This document shows positions 1 through 12,254 of a stretch of 64,000 bases of DNA, piece after piece. The translations under genes and the position numbers were made by a program. The notes beneath the pieces are model-generated. The model ran no database searches and was not told the origin of the DNA. It worked only from the letters and a program-made list of their open reading frames with translations. Source of the DNA: Octopus vulgaris (taxonomy: Eukaryota); the NCBI GenBank assembly GCA_951406725.2, contig OX597828.1, forward strand, positions 24,304,001 through 24,368,000. Direction: 5' to 3'. The first letter of the stretch is position 1, and each line of letters opens with the position of its first letter.

Positions 1-1070
1 TAACCAATTGGTACCAAACAACTCAGTTGCATTTTTAAAGACGAAGACTTTCGCCTTGCATATTTTCCCTCGAAATGTGACTTTAGTCCACATTTTGTGT
101 ATGAAGTGTGATTTGTTGCTCGTCACGCTACGAGCAGATTTCGTTGTTTTTCTCAACATATGTGGAGTGGCTCTGTGGTAAGTAGCTTGTTTACCAACCA
201 CATGGATCCGGGTTCAGTCCCACTGCGTGGCACCTTGGGCAAGTGTCTTCTACTATAGCCTCGGGCCGACCAAAGCCTTGTGAGTGGATTTGGTAGACGG
301 AAACTGAAAGAAGCCCGTCGTATATATATATATATGTGTGTATGCGTGTATGTTTGTGTGTCTGTGTTTGTCCCCCAAGCATTGCTTGACAACCGATGCT
401 TGTGTGTTTACGTCCCCGTCACTTAGCGGTTCGGCAAAAGAGACCGATAGAATAATTACTAGGCTTACAAAGAATAAGTCCTGGGGTCGAGTTGCTCGAT
501 TAAAAAGGCGGTGCTCCAGCATGGCCGCAGTCAAATGACTGAAACAAGTAAAAGAGTAAAAGAGTATATGTTTCCTTATTTTCTTCCATATTTTCTTCCA
601 TATCTATTATTGGAATATCACTTCCAATTGAAACTTAATATGTATTCCATTTAATTTTACATGTACTAATTTTCGTATTTGGGAGTCGATTTTTGTTTCT
701 GCTGAGAGCACTCTAGTATTTTTAACGTTTGACTTTCTTAATGTTGTTCTGTAATGTGAACTCTTGTGACCAATTCTTCTGCAACTGTAACATTTTTTGA
801 TTTTTAAATTGACAGTTCTTTTCTAAAATGCATGCCCTCAAATCCAAAACATGGATAAAGACGTGGCGCTCTTTTGTGGTTGTATTTTTCCCGTCGGCAT
901 ATCTGTACTTTTGAGGACTCACTTTCTCAAATTTTACCACCCTTTGACATTCTTCTACCACGGAGTGTAATGATAGATCTTCCAATTTTACTATTGATAC
1001 AGTTTATACGTAACTCGAACCAGCATATCTCTCGCAAAAGGGCGTCGTAACTCTCATCACAACAGAGATG
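1..1070 (-). mobile_element. Decayed Ty3/gypsy-type LTR retrotransposon gag-protease fragment, interrupted by a SINE
   Basis: Minus-strand translation gives gag-like LSLHSVVEECQRVVKF (ORF 722-985), a decayed protease region HIKFQL..GSDIPII (~600-650) and KAKVFVFKNATELFGTNWL (1-60), resembling the retropepsin C-terminal LxGxDW motif; frameshifted. Confidence 0.55.
164..565 (+). mobile_element. SINE family A (tRNA head + CORE-like box + internal microsatellite + tail), full length
   Basis: A box TGGCTCTGTGGTAA, B box GGTTCAGTCCC, CORE-like CACCTTGGGCAAGTGTCTT, internal (TA)n(TG)n, tail ending (AAAAGAGT)n; ATATGT on both flanks (158-163, 566-571) as probable TSD. Confidence 0.9.
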
Positions 1071-1130
1071 ATGCTACTCCTTGAACCATATAAACACATA
1101 AGTGCAGTTTTCTAGTTTCTGTGACGTGTA

Positions 1131-2355
1131 CGAGTTGGCATCAAAGAATTCCCAGACTCTCTTTACTCTTTACTCTTTACTCTCTCTTTTACTCTTTTTA
1201 CTTGTTTCAGTCATTTTGACTGCGGCCATGCTGGAGCACCGCCTTTAGTCGAGCAAATCTACTTATTCTATCGGTCTCTTTTGCCGAACCACTAAGTGAC
1301 GGGGACGTAAACACACCAGCATCGGTTGTCAAGCAATGCTAGGGGGACAAACACAGACACATACATACATATATATATACATATATACGACAGGCTTCTT
1401 TCAGTTTCCGTCTACCAAATCCACTCACAAGGCATTGGTCGGCCCGGGGCTATAGCAGAAGACACTTGCCCAAGATGCCACGCAGTGGGACTGAACCCGG
1501 AACCATGTGGCTGGTTAGCAAGCTACTTACCACACAGCCACTCCTGCGCCTAGTTATGTTTAATTAAAAATAACTTATTTATCTTCGAAATAGTCACCTT
1601 GTGCAACAATTCACCGGTTTCTGTCACTTTTGGAATACGGCCTGGAATTTGTTTTTCCGTAAGCGATTCGCTCTGGATCACGACAGCGGTATTAAGCTTT
1701 GAGCTGAATTTTCATCCTTAGGAAGAGATAGAAATCCACGGGAGCTAAATCTAGCAAATAGAGCCGATGCGGAAGCGACACCATGTAGTTTTGGTAAGAA
1801 ACTCATAGTGAGAGCTCGGTGACAGGGTGCAAGCCATCGTAAAGAATCTAGTGGTTCGGTTTGCCTGCAGGGACCCTTAAGACAGATCGACAACATCAGC
1901 AATATTGTTGATTGTTCATCGACGATCTTCATGCAAGAGCCGATGAATTTTCTTCACATTTCTGGGAGTGACCCTCGTGGTAGGTCTTTCATATTGCTCA
2001 TCGTCTTCCAGGAATGTTCTTCCGTATTTGAAGCGCCCGTCCCACTTGAAACACTGCGTACGCAGTAATCTGGCCGAAGTATGCTTAATGTCACTGTAGC
2101 AGGCTTCCCAAGTTCAACGCAACATTTTGCGTTTAACCTTTGTTCAAACTTCCTGTTATCGCAAACATCGTAGAATGCAGGCTACACGTGATCACAAAAA
2201 CACAAATTTCACAACTTGTTAAGTAAACACAGCAATATGTCATTCGGCACACTGCCTCGTAACGGTTTCTGCTAGCTGTCATTTCATGTACAAATGTGTG
2301 CTGCCATTTTTTAGTGAGCTACAGAACTAGTCCAAGAACTTTTCGGTACCACCTG
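1131..2355 (-). mobile_element. Decayed mariner-type DNA transposon with a SINE inserted in its left TIR
   Basis: Left end TA-CGAGTTGGCATCAAAGAATTCCCAGACT|AGTT versus right-end reverse complement CAGGTGGTACCGAAAAGTTCTTGGACTAGTT; minus-strand C-terminal GDYFEDK* near 1575-1600. Confidence 0.55.
1159..1550 (-). mobile_element. SINE family A, near full length
   Basis: Reverse complement of the 164-565 element with a small internal deletion. Confidence 0.9.
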
Positions 2356-3411
2356 AACAGAAGGCCGCTCCGTCGAAGGAATACTCATTTTTTGCCAACC
2401 ATGCGGAAGATATATTATGAAAACTGAAATAGATAAGGTTTAGGGTGTCTTAGTTTTCATCTTCATCTCATTTCGGCCAATGACTGCGACTCATACAGGA
2501 CACCACCTTGAAGAATTTAGCCGAAAAATCACAACTAGAATACATGTTTTGAAATGTTGGCGGAAGAGCTACATTTGATGGTGGTGGTAGTAGTTCTGGT
2601 GGTTATAATTGTAATGTTGATGATAATATTGATAGTGGTGGTGGTGGTGGTAGTGGTGGTGGTGGTGGTGGTGGTGGTGGTGGTGGTGGTGGTGGTGGTG
2701 GCATCTGTCTTTGCCAATGGTTTTGGCGCTTACAATTTTGCGGTATAAATAGCGGCCATATTGGATACAGAGAAGTTTACTGAAACACAGCGCTAATAGT
2801 GACAACGATGCAGTTATGTAACGTCGTCGTCATCACCGTAGTAAGGTGTGTTAAGCTGCTGCCAATATAATATAGTAAAGGTTAAGTTGCCATTAATATC
2901 GTGTATCTCATATATCATTGTGAAAGGAATGATAGCGCAGATGCTATAGTGACGATTTATAGCCACAGTCGACGATGTTGTCATATATCTCTCAACATAA
3001 ACATGCTATCTTTGTATGTATGTGCATGTGTGTGTGTGTTTGTGTTTTTTGTGTATGAGTGAGTTTGTGTGTGTTTGCATGTATATATGTATATATATAT
3101 ACCTATTTGAATATGTGCATATGAGTGAATATGTGCGTATTTGTACATAAATAATCTGTATATTAATATATGCCTCAATATATACATGTTATTATAAAGT
3201 GTGTCTTCTATATATATAATATACATATATGCGAAAATATATATACTCATGCATACATGCACATATATATATATATGCATATGTATGTATATATATATAT
3301 ATATACGTATATATACATGTATATGTATACATACGTATATATATATACACACACATGCATACGTACATACAAATATATATGTTTGAGTGTGTGTGTATCT
3401 GTATGTGTGCT

Positions 3412-3479
<68 letters not shown>

Positions 3480-4957
3480 TGAACACCATACTGGCACTAT
3501 TCCGCACCTAAACTGTTCACTCACTTTCATTGTTTTGAAAATCCTAAAGAAAAACATCCATGGCCTGAAGCTGACACACTAAGCAGACCCATCTGATTAC
3601 AGTTTCATATACTTTACTTAGCTCTGAACAATAATTCAACTCCAACTTTAAACAACAAAAAACCTTCTTTAATACATTTCCCTCAGAACTCACTCTACAA
3701 CCTAATTATCATCCAACATATCGCTACCAATCCGAGAAAGAACGTTACCACAGTCTGTCTAAAGCTCAAATGTATTATAGGCTGATGAAGCAAGCCTAAA
3801 CTTCGAAGTCACTCACACCACACTACTTGCGAAGCAAATAAATATGCACTCTGCAAAATATAAAGAGTAATCCTTCAGTTTAAAGTAAAATTGCGTTAAT
3901 AATAACTCGACATGACAAGAATCATTAATATATATATATTTTTAATTCAAAACAAATGTAATAATCTGAACATTATCGATATCAGATACGTAGCGCATGT
4001 GTTTGGTTTATACGCTTAATAATTGTCGGCTAGAATCATGGGAAACCTCCCTTTATAACTCCGAATGTTAAAAGGCACTAAATATTTCAGACCAGGCGCA
4101 AAAACTCTATAGTAGGCAAGTAAATAGAACTTGCGGTCTTTGCATATGTCCCAACCAGGGATTCTAATTTGCTTCGAGGTGAGTTGATCCACGACATACG
4201 TTAATGGATCATAGAGATTCGGCGTTTTTATAACTAAAAGATCATGTATGCTTTTTAGATGTAAGAAAATTAGTGACAAAATTTTCCTTAAATTTAGGCA
4301 CCTGGACAAGTTTCTATTATTGACCTGGAAAGCACCACACTCACTGAAGGCTCACAAACTTTAATCTTTCCCTATTGAATTAATTAGACGTACCATAGCG
4401 ATTCCAAAGGGACGCAACTTATTATTTCTTTACACTTATGATTATTTTCTCTCAATCCACTTTTTCTTTTGCTTTATTCCTATCCCCTTTTCTCGATCTT
4501 TCTCGATTTACCCTAAGAGCAATCAAGTTGCATTCGGCGTCTGAAATATACGACATGCAATGCAATCGTTCCTATCAGTGTAGTTTCAGAGAGAAAATTC
4601 GTATGAGAGTCAACGCCGTCACACTGAGAAAGGAATTATTTCGAAACGTCTAAATCACTTAACATTTCTTGGCAAATTTCTTTGAGATACACACATGCGC
4701 ACTCACTCGCTCTCGCATACACAATCACATACACACATATACATACATACATACATACATACATACATACATACATACATACATACACATACATACATAC
4801 ATACATACTTACATACAGGCATACGTACTTATGTTTCAATATTCTTATGTATACATATAAAGCATATATACATATCCCTAGGCACATAAACGCAGGAATA
4901 TAAGTGAATAAATACTTATATATATATATTCGCATGGAGACTAATTAAACTGTTTTC

Positions 4958-5028
<71 letters not shown>

Positions 5029-5134
5029 TAATAATAATAATGATAATAATAATAATAATAATAACAATAATAATAATAATAGTAATAATAATAATAATAC
5101 ATACATACATACATACATACATGCATACATACAT

Positions 5135-5185
<51 letters not shown>

Positions 5186-5704
5186 TCTCTTTGATAGTAT
5201 GCTTCTGCGAATATGTAAGCACTTCAATGTGCATATGTGTATGCATATATGTGTGTGTATATGCGTTGTGGTGAGTAGGTGGGTGTGTTGTATGTACGTA
5301 CATGTGTATAGTAGATTACCACCAGCTGTGACTATCCGAATAGCAATGTCCTGTAAGTTGGAAACTGAAAGTTAATAAATACCGTTCAATAAAACGAAAA
5401 CTTCCTTTATTTACCACCCTGTTATGTAAACATGGTAATATCAATAATATAATAATACTTAATATATACACTAGTTATCTTTCGCTTAGATGTCCAGCAG
5501 CTGTTCCCAATCCTTAAGATTGATAACTGTCCGTATTTTTAACCCCAGGTGTTCAAGAATTGGTCTATATTCCTATTGTATTGGGTCATAAAAGACTAGA
5601 TGGTTCTGATTTCCTATTGAAGAAAAATCTAATTTATCTGATGTTGGCATGTTGCAGCAATAAATTATCTACCTACTTACCTACCTACCTACCTACCTAC
5701 CTAC

Positions 5705-5772
<68 letters not shown>

Positions 5773-5785
5773 GTATGTCTATATG

Positions 5786-5834
<49 letters not shown>

Positions 5835-5871
5835 ATATATATATATATCTGTCTGTCTGTCTGTCTGTCTG

Positions 5872-5996
<125 letters not shown>

Positions 5997-5999
5997 TGT

Positions 6000-6178
6000 A
6001 TGTCACCCAAGCCACTACACAATTTTTTTCTCTACTTGTTTTTTCTGTGTCCCTTTATGTAGAAGAGCGTAGGCTCGAAACGTAAAAGACTTTTTCTATT
6101 CCTGAGTGTTATACTAATGCATCTGTTTCTTTTGTACACCACCTGTCTTCGTCTTTTGTTTTTTTCGTAAACTCCCCC

Positions 6179-6179
<1 letters not shown>
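6000..6179 (+). mobile_element. Short HHR-bearing non-coding element (family F2) in (TA)n
   Basis: Homologous to 17215-17395; contains CTTT-ATGTAGA-A-GAGC-GTAG-GCTC-GAAA-CGTA-AAAG. Confidence 0.6.
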
Positions 6180-6220
<41 letters not shown>

Positions 6221-6222
<2 letters not shown>

Positions 6223-6425
6223 GTGACCGCGTGTGTACCGTTGGCGATTTTTTTCCCTCCGTCTTCCTTTCTCTGGATCTTTCCTTTTCCTATGTTTCTG
6301 ACGAAGAGCTCCGCTCGAAACGTAAGGCCCTCCTTCTTCCCTTCTTTCCTGAGCGTCCAGTAATACTATATTTGTTCTACGTCCTCGCGTTGTTGTGTTT
6401 TCTCTTTGTGTTTTCATGTTTGGAT

Positions 6426-6430
<5 letters not shown>
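6221..6430 (+). mobile_element. ~210-bp HHR-bearing non-coding element (family F1, Penelope pLTR/retrozyme-like) in (TA)n
   Basis: Same boundaries (ATGTGAC...GGATTRACT) as copies at 39106-39307 (+) and 46656-46867 (-). Confidence 0.75.
6293..6329 (+). ncRNA. Minimal type I hammerhead ribozyme
   Basis: CUGACGA, extra A, stem II GAGC/GCUC, GAAA, palindromic ACGU stem III, GUA cleavage triplet; stem I weak here (GUUU/AGGC) but UGUUU/AAACA in the 46758-46794 copy. Confidence 0.7.
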
Positions 6431-6488
<58 letters not shown>

Positions 6489-6682
6489 GTGCAGCAGTGG
6501 TCGTATGCTAAGCTCTGGTTGTACGCTTGCTTTCCAATCACCTTGTTCCGGGTTCAGTCGTACTGCATAGAACCTTGGGGGAGAAGTTTCTATTATATCC
6601 CTGAGCCAACCAAAGCCGTGGAAGCGGATATAGTAGACGGAAATTAAAAGAAACCCATCATATACATATATATATATATATA

Positions 6683-7634
6683 CTAGCAGCATAGCCCGGC
6701 GTTGCCCGGGTATGTAAGAGCCCCTAGTAGGCAACGACTAATCCCAATCTAGTCCTTTCCCTCTAGGGAACGAAGGCGCATGTGTAGGTTGCAATGTCTT
6801 CTCTTCACTCGAATACTTCTGTGTATACGATGTTCCTAGCTGTCCCTTTGGGCGAAAACATCATTGCGCCTCCCAACGCGAGAACAGCCCACGTAGAGTT
6901 GACCGTGGGCGAAGCACTGTTCGCCCAACTGTAACCCAGCGACTTGTAGCGTTTGGCCTTGGGATTTATTGATGGACATTGCGAAGCAGAGTTTAGCAGG
7001 AAACTGAGAACACCTGAAGTTGATTGGTAGGTCAGCGCCCGACGGTTGAAGGTGCATGCGTGGAATGAAGACGTCCTCTCCCTTCCCACAACGGGTAAGT
7101 AGTGTGGCCGTTATTAAATATAGTGGAAAATGTTTCACAACCAGACGTGTGCCGTTGCACTGTTTAGGTGGAACCAAATTCTTGATGAGCATGATGGGCG
7201 CACCGACCTTTAACTTCAGGATGTGTGGCGGTAGGCCTGGCGGTTCAAGTGAATTCAGGAATTCAACAGGATAATCGGCAAGCTCGGCGGGGTCTGCTGT
7301 CCTATCAATAGATTTGTAGACGTGGACATCACCAGGACTAGCTTCAAGTAGCTGGATATTGATGGAGTTGAGAGTTAAAACGGTCGAGTTGTGTCCCCTA
7401 GACAGTCTGTGGTTTGTGTTTCTGATTCTTGACCCCATGTCGAATTTATCGATTGTTTTCAGAACTGGGGGAACTTTTCAAAATTGTCCCTGCGTTAGTT
7501 TTGAATTATGACATTGGGCTATCTGTGTGTCAAGTTTCATCAGAATCGGTTGAAAGCCGTGGTCAGGGTGAGGGTACAACCTTGCAGACACACAGACACA
7601 CAGACAGACAAACTGCCGTTTATATAGAGAGAGA
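6683..7634 (-). mobile_element. Non-autonomous Helitron carrying a PIF1-type helicase fragment
   Basis: Minus strand starts TC at 7634 and ends CTAG at 6683; CCCGG-N6-CCGGG hairpin at 6695-6710; inserted between A and T. Confidence 0.9.
6836..7390 (-). pseudogene. C-terminal fragment of the Helitron RepHel PIF1-family helicase
   Basis: Motifs PPHILKLKVGAPIMLIKNL, CNGTRL, QFPAKLCFAMSINKSQGQTL and FAHGQLYVGCSRV; N-terminal part absent. Confidence 0.9.
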
Positions 7635-7675
7635 TATATATATCACGTGATACAAATATATACACATATATACAC

Positions 7676-7720
<45 letters not shown>

Positions 7721-7935
7721 AGTGTTTATTGAGCAAAAAACACCTAAAGCTCTACGAGGCTCCGACAGGGAGTGGTGGTGAACCCTGCTGTACTCTTTCA
7801 CCACAAATTTCTCTCACTCTTTCTTCCTGCTTCTGTTGTACCTGTAGTTCAAAGGGCCAGCCTTGTCACACTCTGCGTCACACTGAATCTTTCCGAGAAC
7901 TGCGTTAAGGGTACATGTCTCTTAACATACATATA

Positions 7936-8117
7936 TAGGGTGGGTGAAAAGTCATACACAAAAACACCTGACATTTTATTAATATTACATTATTATTATT
8001 ACTATTATTCGTTTTCATTGTTTTATTTATTATATTCAATTTTAGAAAAATTGAAGCATGTCTGACAATTGCGGAGCGTATTGAACTTATTTTGTGCGTC
8101 ACTTTTGGCCCAACCTG
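7936..8117. mobile_element. Tc1/mariner-type MITE
   Basis: Imperfect TIRs TAGGGTGGGTGAAAAGTCATACACAAAA and (reverse complement) CAGGTTGGGCCAAAAGTGACGCACAAAA. Confidence 0.55.
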
Positions 8118-8974
8118 TGTGTGTGTGTGTGTGTGTGTATGTGTGTGTGTGTGTGTGTTTGAGTTTGTGTGTGTGTGTGTAAAGATGTGTGTGATGGCAT
8201 GCAAATATATCTTTAATAGAAAACAAGCAACATAAGGACAAAAGTATTCCAGCTTCCAGGTCACACAACTACATTTGTATGATAACAAAAAGTATAATTT
8301 TTGTTAATCTAAAAAATTACTTTTTAAATTGAAAGCAAAGATTTTGAAGCGAGAAATCTCGAAGCAGATAAAGCTCTAAATGAATGCATGCAAATATTAG
8401 GTTAGAAAATGTCGAAATGAGATTGGAACCTGCATTTTTATGTATGACAAACGTTCTAGCATTGGACCAAAGCAATCTTTTGGATTTTTTTCATCCATAT
8501 TAGAAACATTATGCTTATCACGACAATTGTATGTTGTCAACCTCTTAAGAATTTAGATACTTCAAGAGAAAACATGAAATAATTCTTTTTGGACAGGAGA
8601 ATCTGGAAGCCGATAAAGCTATAAATTTTAGAGTGTAAAAATTGGCTTAATAATCAATAATGACCTAAAATGTTTCTTAATCGAAACCCTCCTGATAAGT
8701 CATAAAACAATGCATTCATGCATTCAACAAATTCTCCTACTTTTACGGTATCAAACTTTACACAATAACTTGTTTATCACTGAAAATTCCTCATTGATAC
8801 CTTCCACATGCCTAGAGAAAATGACCACTGCCCAGATGCTATGTAACGAAATCGAATCAGAAGCCTAGCAGTTGCGAAACTGCCTCCAAGATATTTAGGC
8901 TCATGCAACCATACAGATGCGATGGGCCAATTTGAACCTTCGATCTAGATCTTATAAGAGTTAATTGCAGATAT

Positions 8975-9186
8975 TGATTTCAAAGTTTTGCGCAATGCTA
9001 ACATTTTCAGAGGCGAGGACAAGTCGATTACATCGACCCTAGAGCGCAGGGTGTTTTTTGTTGACCCCGGAATGATGAAAGGCAAAGCGGACTTTGGCGG
9101 AATTTGAAATCACAACGTAAAGACGGATGACATACTGCCAAGCATTTTGTCGGGTGCGCTAACGATTCTGCCAGATCACTGCCCTA
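8975..9186 (-). mobile_element. SINE family B (tRNA head + Meta-like central domain), diverged
   Basis: Homologous to 12024-12254 and 44157-44310. Confidence 0.7.
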
Positions 9187-9253
9187 GGATCGAAAAATGT
9201 ATCCTTAAATCTAACATAAAAGGATAAACATCAACTGGATTCAGACTTATATT

Positions 9254-9285
<32 letters not shown>

Positions 9286-9417
9286 TATGGAGGCGCAGTG
9301 GCCCAGTGGCTTCAATAATGAAAAATTAAATTATACCATTTAGAAAAATTACATCTTATAGAAAGATTAAATATAAGATAAAACATATAACAATGAATAA
9401 ATACACACACACGCATA

Positions 9418-9618
9418 TAGTGATCCCTCACCATATCGCGGTTTATTATTTTACGTCGATTCCCATGTAGTGTAGTTTGGCATTTATAATAAAGTAAATA
9501 TATACCAATTATAAAAATAATTGAAAAAAATATACAGTATAGGACTGTTTCTACTTCGCGGATTTTCAACCATCAGGGATGGTTTGGAACATAACACCCA
9601 TACTGGTAGAAGAATTAC

Positions 9619-9620
<2 letters not shown>
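9418..9620. mobile_element. pogo/Tigger-like MITE
   Basis: TA-TAGTGATCCCTC ... AGAATTACTG ends; internal TTTCTACTTCGCGGATTTTCA shared with the fragment at 42236-42310. Confidence 0.55.
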
Positions 9621-9692
<72 letters not shown>

Positions 9693-9776
9693 TATAATAA
9701 TAAATATTAGGGAATAAATCCAAACTTACAGGGAAAAATCAGATTTAGGATTGAATCCAATTTTATAGTAAAATAT

Positions 9777-9953
9777 TATATTATATTAAATTAGAAACAA
9801 AACCACTATTAGGCAAATCAAACAATGAAAGACTTATGCCAATACATATGATTAATTTATATTATTTAAATATGTAACAATTATTAATTGGCATAAGTCA
9901 TTCATTGTTTGATTTGCCTAATAGTGGTTTTGTCTCTAATTTAATATAATATA
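9777..9953. repeat. Foldback: 67-bp inverted arms with a 43-nt spacer
   Basis: 9777-9843 versus 9887-9953, two mismatches seen. Confidence 0.9.
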
Positions 9954-10082
9954 TAAATATATATATATATATAAAATAATAAGGGTGAAAAATTGAATAT
10001 TAATTTGATTAATATCAATTTAAAACCAGTGGTCTAGCATATTGAAAAATCTGAAGATTCAGAAAAATTATATTATATACAT

Positions 10083-10321
10083 ATAAGGGGGATGACCACT
10101 AAGTGAATATCCATTATGCTAGAAGTAGACCGCCTATGGTCTTACCACTAAGAAAAGATTGTTCTCAAGAATATTTAGCAATTTGTGATTAATCTTTATA
10201 TTGTGTACCTTTTCATTTGTCTTGCTCCTTTTCATTCTGGCGTTTGCTAAATTTTCTTGAGAACAATCCTTTCTTAGTGGTAAGACCATAGCATAATGGA
10301 TGTCCACTTAGTGGTCATCCC

Positions 10322-10327
<6 letters not shown>
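10083..10327. repeat. Foldback built from the element family at 54710-55160
   Basis: Arms ~10083-10181 and ~10243-10327 (one internal deletion); right arm matches 55058-55158. Confidence 0.8.
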
Positions 10328-10418
<91 letters not shown>

Positions 10419-11407
10419 TACACACATATATGCATATATGCATGTATATATAGATATAAACACATACATACTCATATGTATATGTAAATATGTGTGTGTG
10501 AATCGCGAAAGAAAAAAAGAAACAAGCAAAGTCTAATGCTAAACAGTAAGAAAGTGCAAGATATATCCTTTAAATTAGACAAAATACTTTATTTTCCTCT
10601 GTATTCGCCACGAATCTCGCCATTTCCATTATGTTAGTTTAACCTCGTCCATTAAACTAGTTCCCGAAAGTTTCCGCTTCTAGACATCTCATCCGTTTGA
10701 ATGTGTTTCTAGTTTCTCTTCTGCTCGCTTCTAAGTAGAACATTTATTATCTATGCCGTTGGATGATTCCATTAAATAACAGTACAGAATATACGTCTAT
10801 TTATTTATTTATTTATTTATTCTTCGATTTTTTTGTTTTGTTTTGTTTTGTTTCACCCATCCCACATATCCACTTAATCTACGCCGTTCAAATTACATAT
10901 TCACTGCTGAGTAGCGTTTGTTTTGCAGTCAATCTTTTAAATTGATGTGACTGCACTATCGCCATCACCGGCGTTGTCATCATCATCACCATCATCATCA
11001 TTATCATCATCGTCGACGTTGTCCTCATTGTCATCATTGTGTTCATCAGCCTCCGATTAGTAGAAGACATTGAGAGACACACCGCATCAGAGACAGATAC
11101 ATTTATCAAAGTGGTACAAGTGTTTTACTCGTCGTCTTTAATATGTTCAACGCGGACATTTCATTTCATCAGCGTCGATAGCGATTTTAAATGTAATCTT
11201 GATGTGGTTGTGCTTTAATTCGTTTTATTTTATTGTTCCTCATAACTTTTACGATGTGTAGAAAATGAGAGATTACAAGTCCGGTCTTCTGCCATTTTCA
11301 ATCAATAACATGAGAAAAAATACAGACGAGAGAACCTCTACGTGGTTGTTGACTTGTTGACTTGTTGCTTGTAATTCGTCCTCGTTTCATACACAGCGGT
11401 CTTAAAT

Positions 11408-12254
11408 ATTCTTTTTTAGTCTAGGCACAAGGCCCGAAATTTTTGAGAGGGTGGCCAGTCGATTAGATCGACCCCAGTACGCAACTGGTACTTAATTTAT
11501 CAACCCCAAAAGGATGAAAGACTAAGTCAACCTCGGCGAAATTTGAACTCAGAACGTAAAGACAGACGAAATACACGGTCTTAAATATTCGAAGCCTATA
11601 TTGTACTACGCTTTCCTGATCAAGGATGTGCCTTGCTTAGTATACATTATGTGGTGATATGATCGATAACATTGATCTCAGTACTCCAGTGGCACTTTTT
11701 TGTTGATCCCGAAAGGATGAGAAGCAAAACCAAATTTGGTGGAATTTGAACTCAAAATGTAAAGACGAATGACATGCTACCCAGCATTTTCTTCGGCAAC
11801 TCGCTTTATTTCCAGTTCACAGTCAGTGCAATAATAATTATTTCTTTATAGCCCACAAGGAGCTAAACATAGAGGGAGCAAACAAGAACAGACAAAGGGA
11901 TTAAGTCGATTACATCGACCCAGTTCGTAACTGGTACTTATTTAATCGACCACGAAATGATGAAAGGAAAAGTCGACCTCGGCGGAATTTGAACTTAGAA
12001 TGTAACGGCAGACGAAATATTCATTTCTTTAGTACCCACAAGAGGCTAAACACAGAGAGGACAAACAAGTACAGCCAAACGGATTAATTCGATTATATCG
12101 ACCCCAGTGCATAACTGGTACTTATTTAATCGACCCAGAAAGAATGGAAGGAAAAGTCGACCTCGGCGGAATTTGAACTTAGAACGTAACGGCAGACGAA
12201 ATACCACTAAGCATTTCGCCCGGCGTGCTAATGGCTCTACCATCTCGCTGCCTT
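11408..12254 (-). mobile_element. Cluster of four co-oriented SINE family B copies (11408-11572, ~11660-11800, 11838-12018, 12024-12254)
   Basis: Each has the reverse complement of GTTCAAATTCCGCCGAGGTCGACTTT.CCTTTCATCCTT...GATAAATTAAGTACCAG. Confidence 0.8.

Noticed and set aside
2569-2805. Poly-His/Val/Thr ORFs (also 19832-20194)
   Set aside because: (GGT)n and (CAT)n trinucleotide repeats without coding context
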